Origin: Solemya velum
Lineage: Eukaryota
Reading direction: 5' to 3'
Assembly (NCBI GenBank): GCA_048127485.1
Contig: JBHNWI010000380.1
Location: forward strand, 43,436,036-43,500,035
Length of the DNA stretch: 64,000 nucleotides
In this document: positions 62,821 through 64,000 of the stretch, piece after piece
Position numbering within the stretch: the first letter of the stretch is position 1
How the letters are laid out: each line of letters starts with the position of its first letter
Program-made: the position numbers and the translations under genes
Notes under the pieces: model-generated
Databases searched by the model: none
What the model was told of the DNA's origin: nothing
What the model saw: the letters and a program-made list of their open reading frames with translations, nothing else

Positions 62821-63559
62821 ACTATTAGTATTAGATCTACCACTGATTACCACATTTCAGATTCAGAATGTAGCACAAATATCCCTATGAACAGATTTCT
62901 ATGAATCAATAGGCCTACTATTCTATGGTAAATTGTGAGATCTGTTAAAGATATTGTTAACAGTGACAGCCCATTTTACATTAGTCGTCAATCATGTAGT
63001 TATAAGTTGAGTCAGATCCAGTACTGTAAAATGAAACAGAAAGTGGCTGGCTGGACAAGTTCCGCTTTGCTTAATAAAAGTAAAACACAAACCGTAAGCG
63101 GAGATGGATGTGACATTTCTTATTCTGATTACTTTAGATTCCCATTGAAGATAGTGCATGGAAAAGACCCCGCAAACCTAACTTACTTAACTTAACACGC
63201 AATTCAATGACTTAATTAAAATTGCATTCAAAGGAACAAAAATATCAATCTAAATTTATTTCCACCGACTCCAAGCTATGTAAAGAGAATAAACAAGATT
63301 TTTTTCTCAGTTTCTGCTAGCGCTTTCGCCGCTTCTACTGCTCTTCGGGCAGATTTATTCAACTGATGTGGAACCATGATGTCAATAGAGGTTATTGTTC
63401 CATACACAGGAACTGCACCCAAGGATAACAATATCTATATATACATACATATAATAAACATTGTGTCAAAAGGGTATCTAGGGGAAATTATGTATATAAA
63501 TTATTAGCAAAATATCGCCACTGAAATTCAGCTAGGATTCTCAAAAACTCCCCTTTCTC

Positions 63560-63636
63560 CATCGTCGGTAACCCACGGCCGATGATCATGATGAAGTGAG
63601 AAACGTAACGTAATCGGCCGTGGGTTACCGACGATG
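63560..63636. mobile_element. Miniature 77-bp inverted-repeat element: two perfect 24-bp TIRs (catcgtcggtaacccacggccgat / atcggccgtgggttaccgacgatg) around a 29-bp core. A 9-bp TSD ccctttctc flanks it (63551-63559 and 63637-63645).
   Basis: An exact reverse-complement TIR pair and an exact 9-bp direct duplication immediately outside both TIRs. Confidence 0.75.
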
Positions 63637-63852
63637 CCCTTTCTCTGACTTAACGAGATTTTCATAAAAACCACTTCTTGTGTTTCTAAAGGCAGATACT
63701 ACATGGAATACATGCAAACTATTGGGTAAACGACGGGGTATCCAAAAACTTTTGTGATGAGTATTAATTGGTTGATATATATTAATTTGCACAATCATAT
63801 TGAGATAATGTTCATTCAATATAATATTATTTCAAAACGATTGCACAACTAA

Positions 63853-64000
63853 GGATGGGTGGATGGATGGATGGATGGATGGATGGATGGATGGATGGAT
63901 GGATGGATGGATGGATGGATGGATGGATGGATGGATGGATGGATGGATGGATGGATGGATGGATGCATGGATGCATGGATGGATGGGATGGATGATGTGG
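63853..64000. repeat. (GGAT)n / (ATGG)n microsatellite, ~35 units, degenerating at the window edge
   Basis: Direct reading. Confidence 0.95.

Overview
This window reads as metazoan nuclear DNA, probably from an invertebrate; no operons or prokaryote-type systems are apparent. Five elements are recognisable:

(1) 1 to ~11650 is a decayed Ty3/Gypsy LTR-retrotransposon on the minus strand, in the order gag(CCHC), protease, RT, RNase H, integrase. It carries frameshifts and lacks its 3' end and both LTRs within the window. Two later insertions sit inside it. One is a full-length ~6 kb non-LTR retrotransposon (LINE) with an intact 1297-aa ORF2 (apurinic/apyrimidinic-type endonuclease (APE), reverse transcriptase (RT), RNase H (RNH)), an ORF1 with CCHC zinc knuckles, a (TTATG)n 3' tail and an 11-bp target-site duplication; it lies exactly inside the Gypsy RNase H codons. 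The other is a ~480-bp element with terminal inverted repeats (TIRs), i.e. MITE-like, inside gag.

(2) 12–21.7 kb is repeat-rich: tRNA-derived SINE-like copies and fragments, and an 84-bp direct repeat pair. It also holds a single-exon rhodopsin-type GPCR segment covering TM1–TM6 that has no ATG and no TM7.

(3) 21.7–34.8 kb is a ~13 kb minisatellite of an 18-bp unit (cctgacacaccagccagt) organised into variable-length higher-order repeats. One reading frame encodes ([12 protein letters not shown])n, a mucin-like proline/threonine/serine-rich (PTS) repeat.

(4) 36.1–38.7 kb (+) is a PWWP2A-type gene: a small first exon followed by a ~2.2 kb exon ending in a PWWP domain. A single in-frame TAA precedes the PWWP part and lies inside a candidate retained-intron ('exitron').

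(5) 58.2–61.0 kb (−) holds three exons of a TTC1 (tetratricopeptide repeat 1) orthologue. It is convergent with PWWP2A, which matches the adjacency I recall for human 5q33.

Also present: a second SINE family with a shared 3' domain, a 77-bp MITE with perfect 24-bp TIRs and a 9-bp TSD, a palindromic foldback, a MITE-like element just upstream of TTC1, and a (GGAT)n microsatellite at the window end. All calls rest on reading the supplied ORF track and the sequence; no database searches were run.
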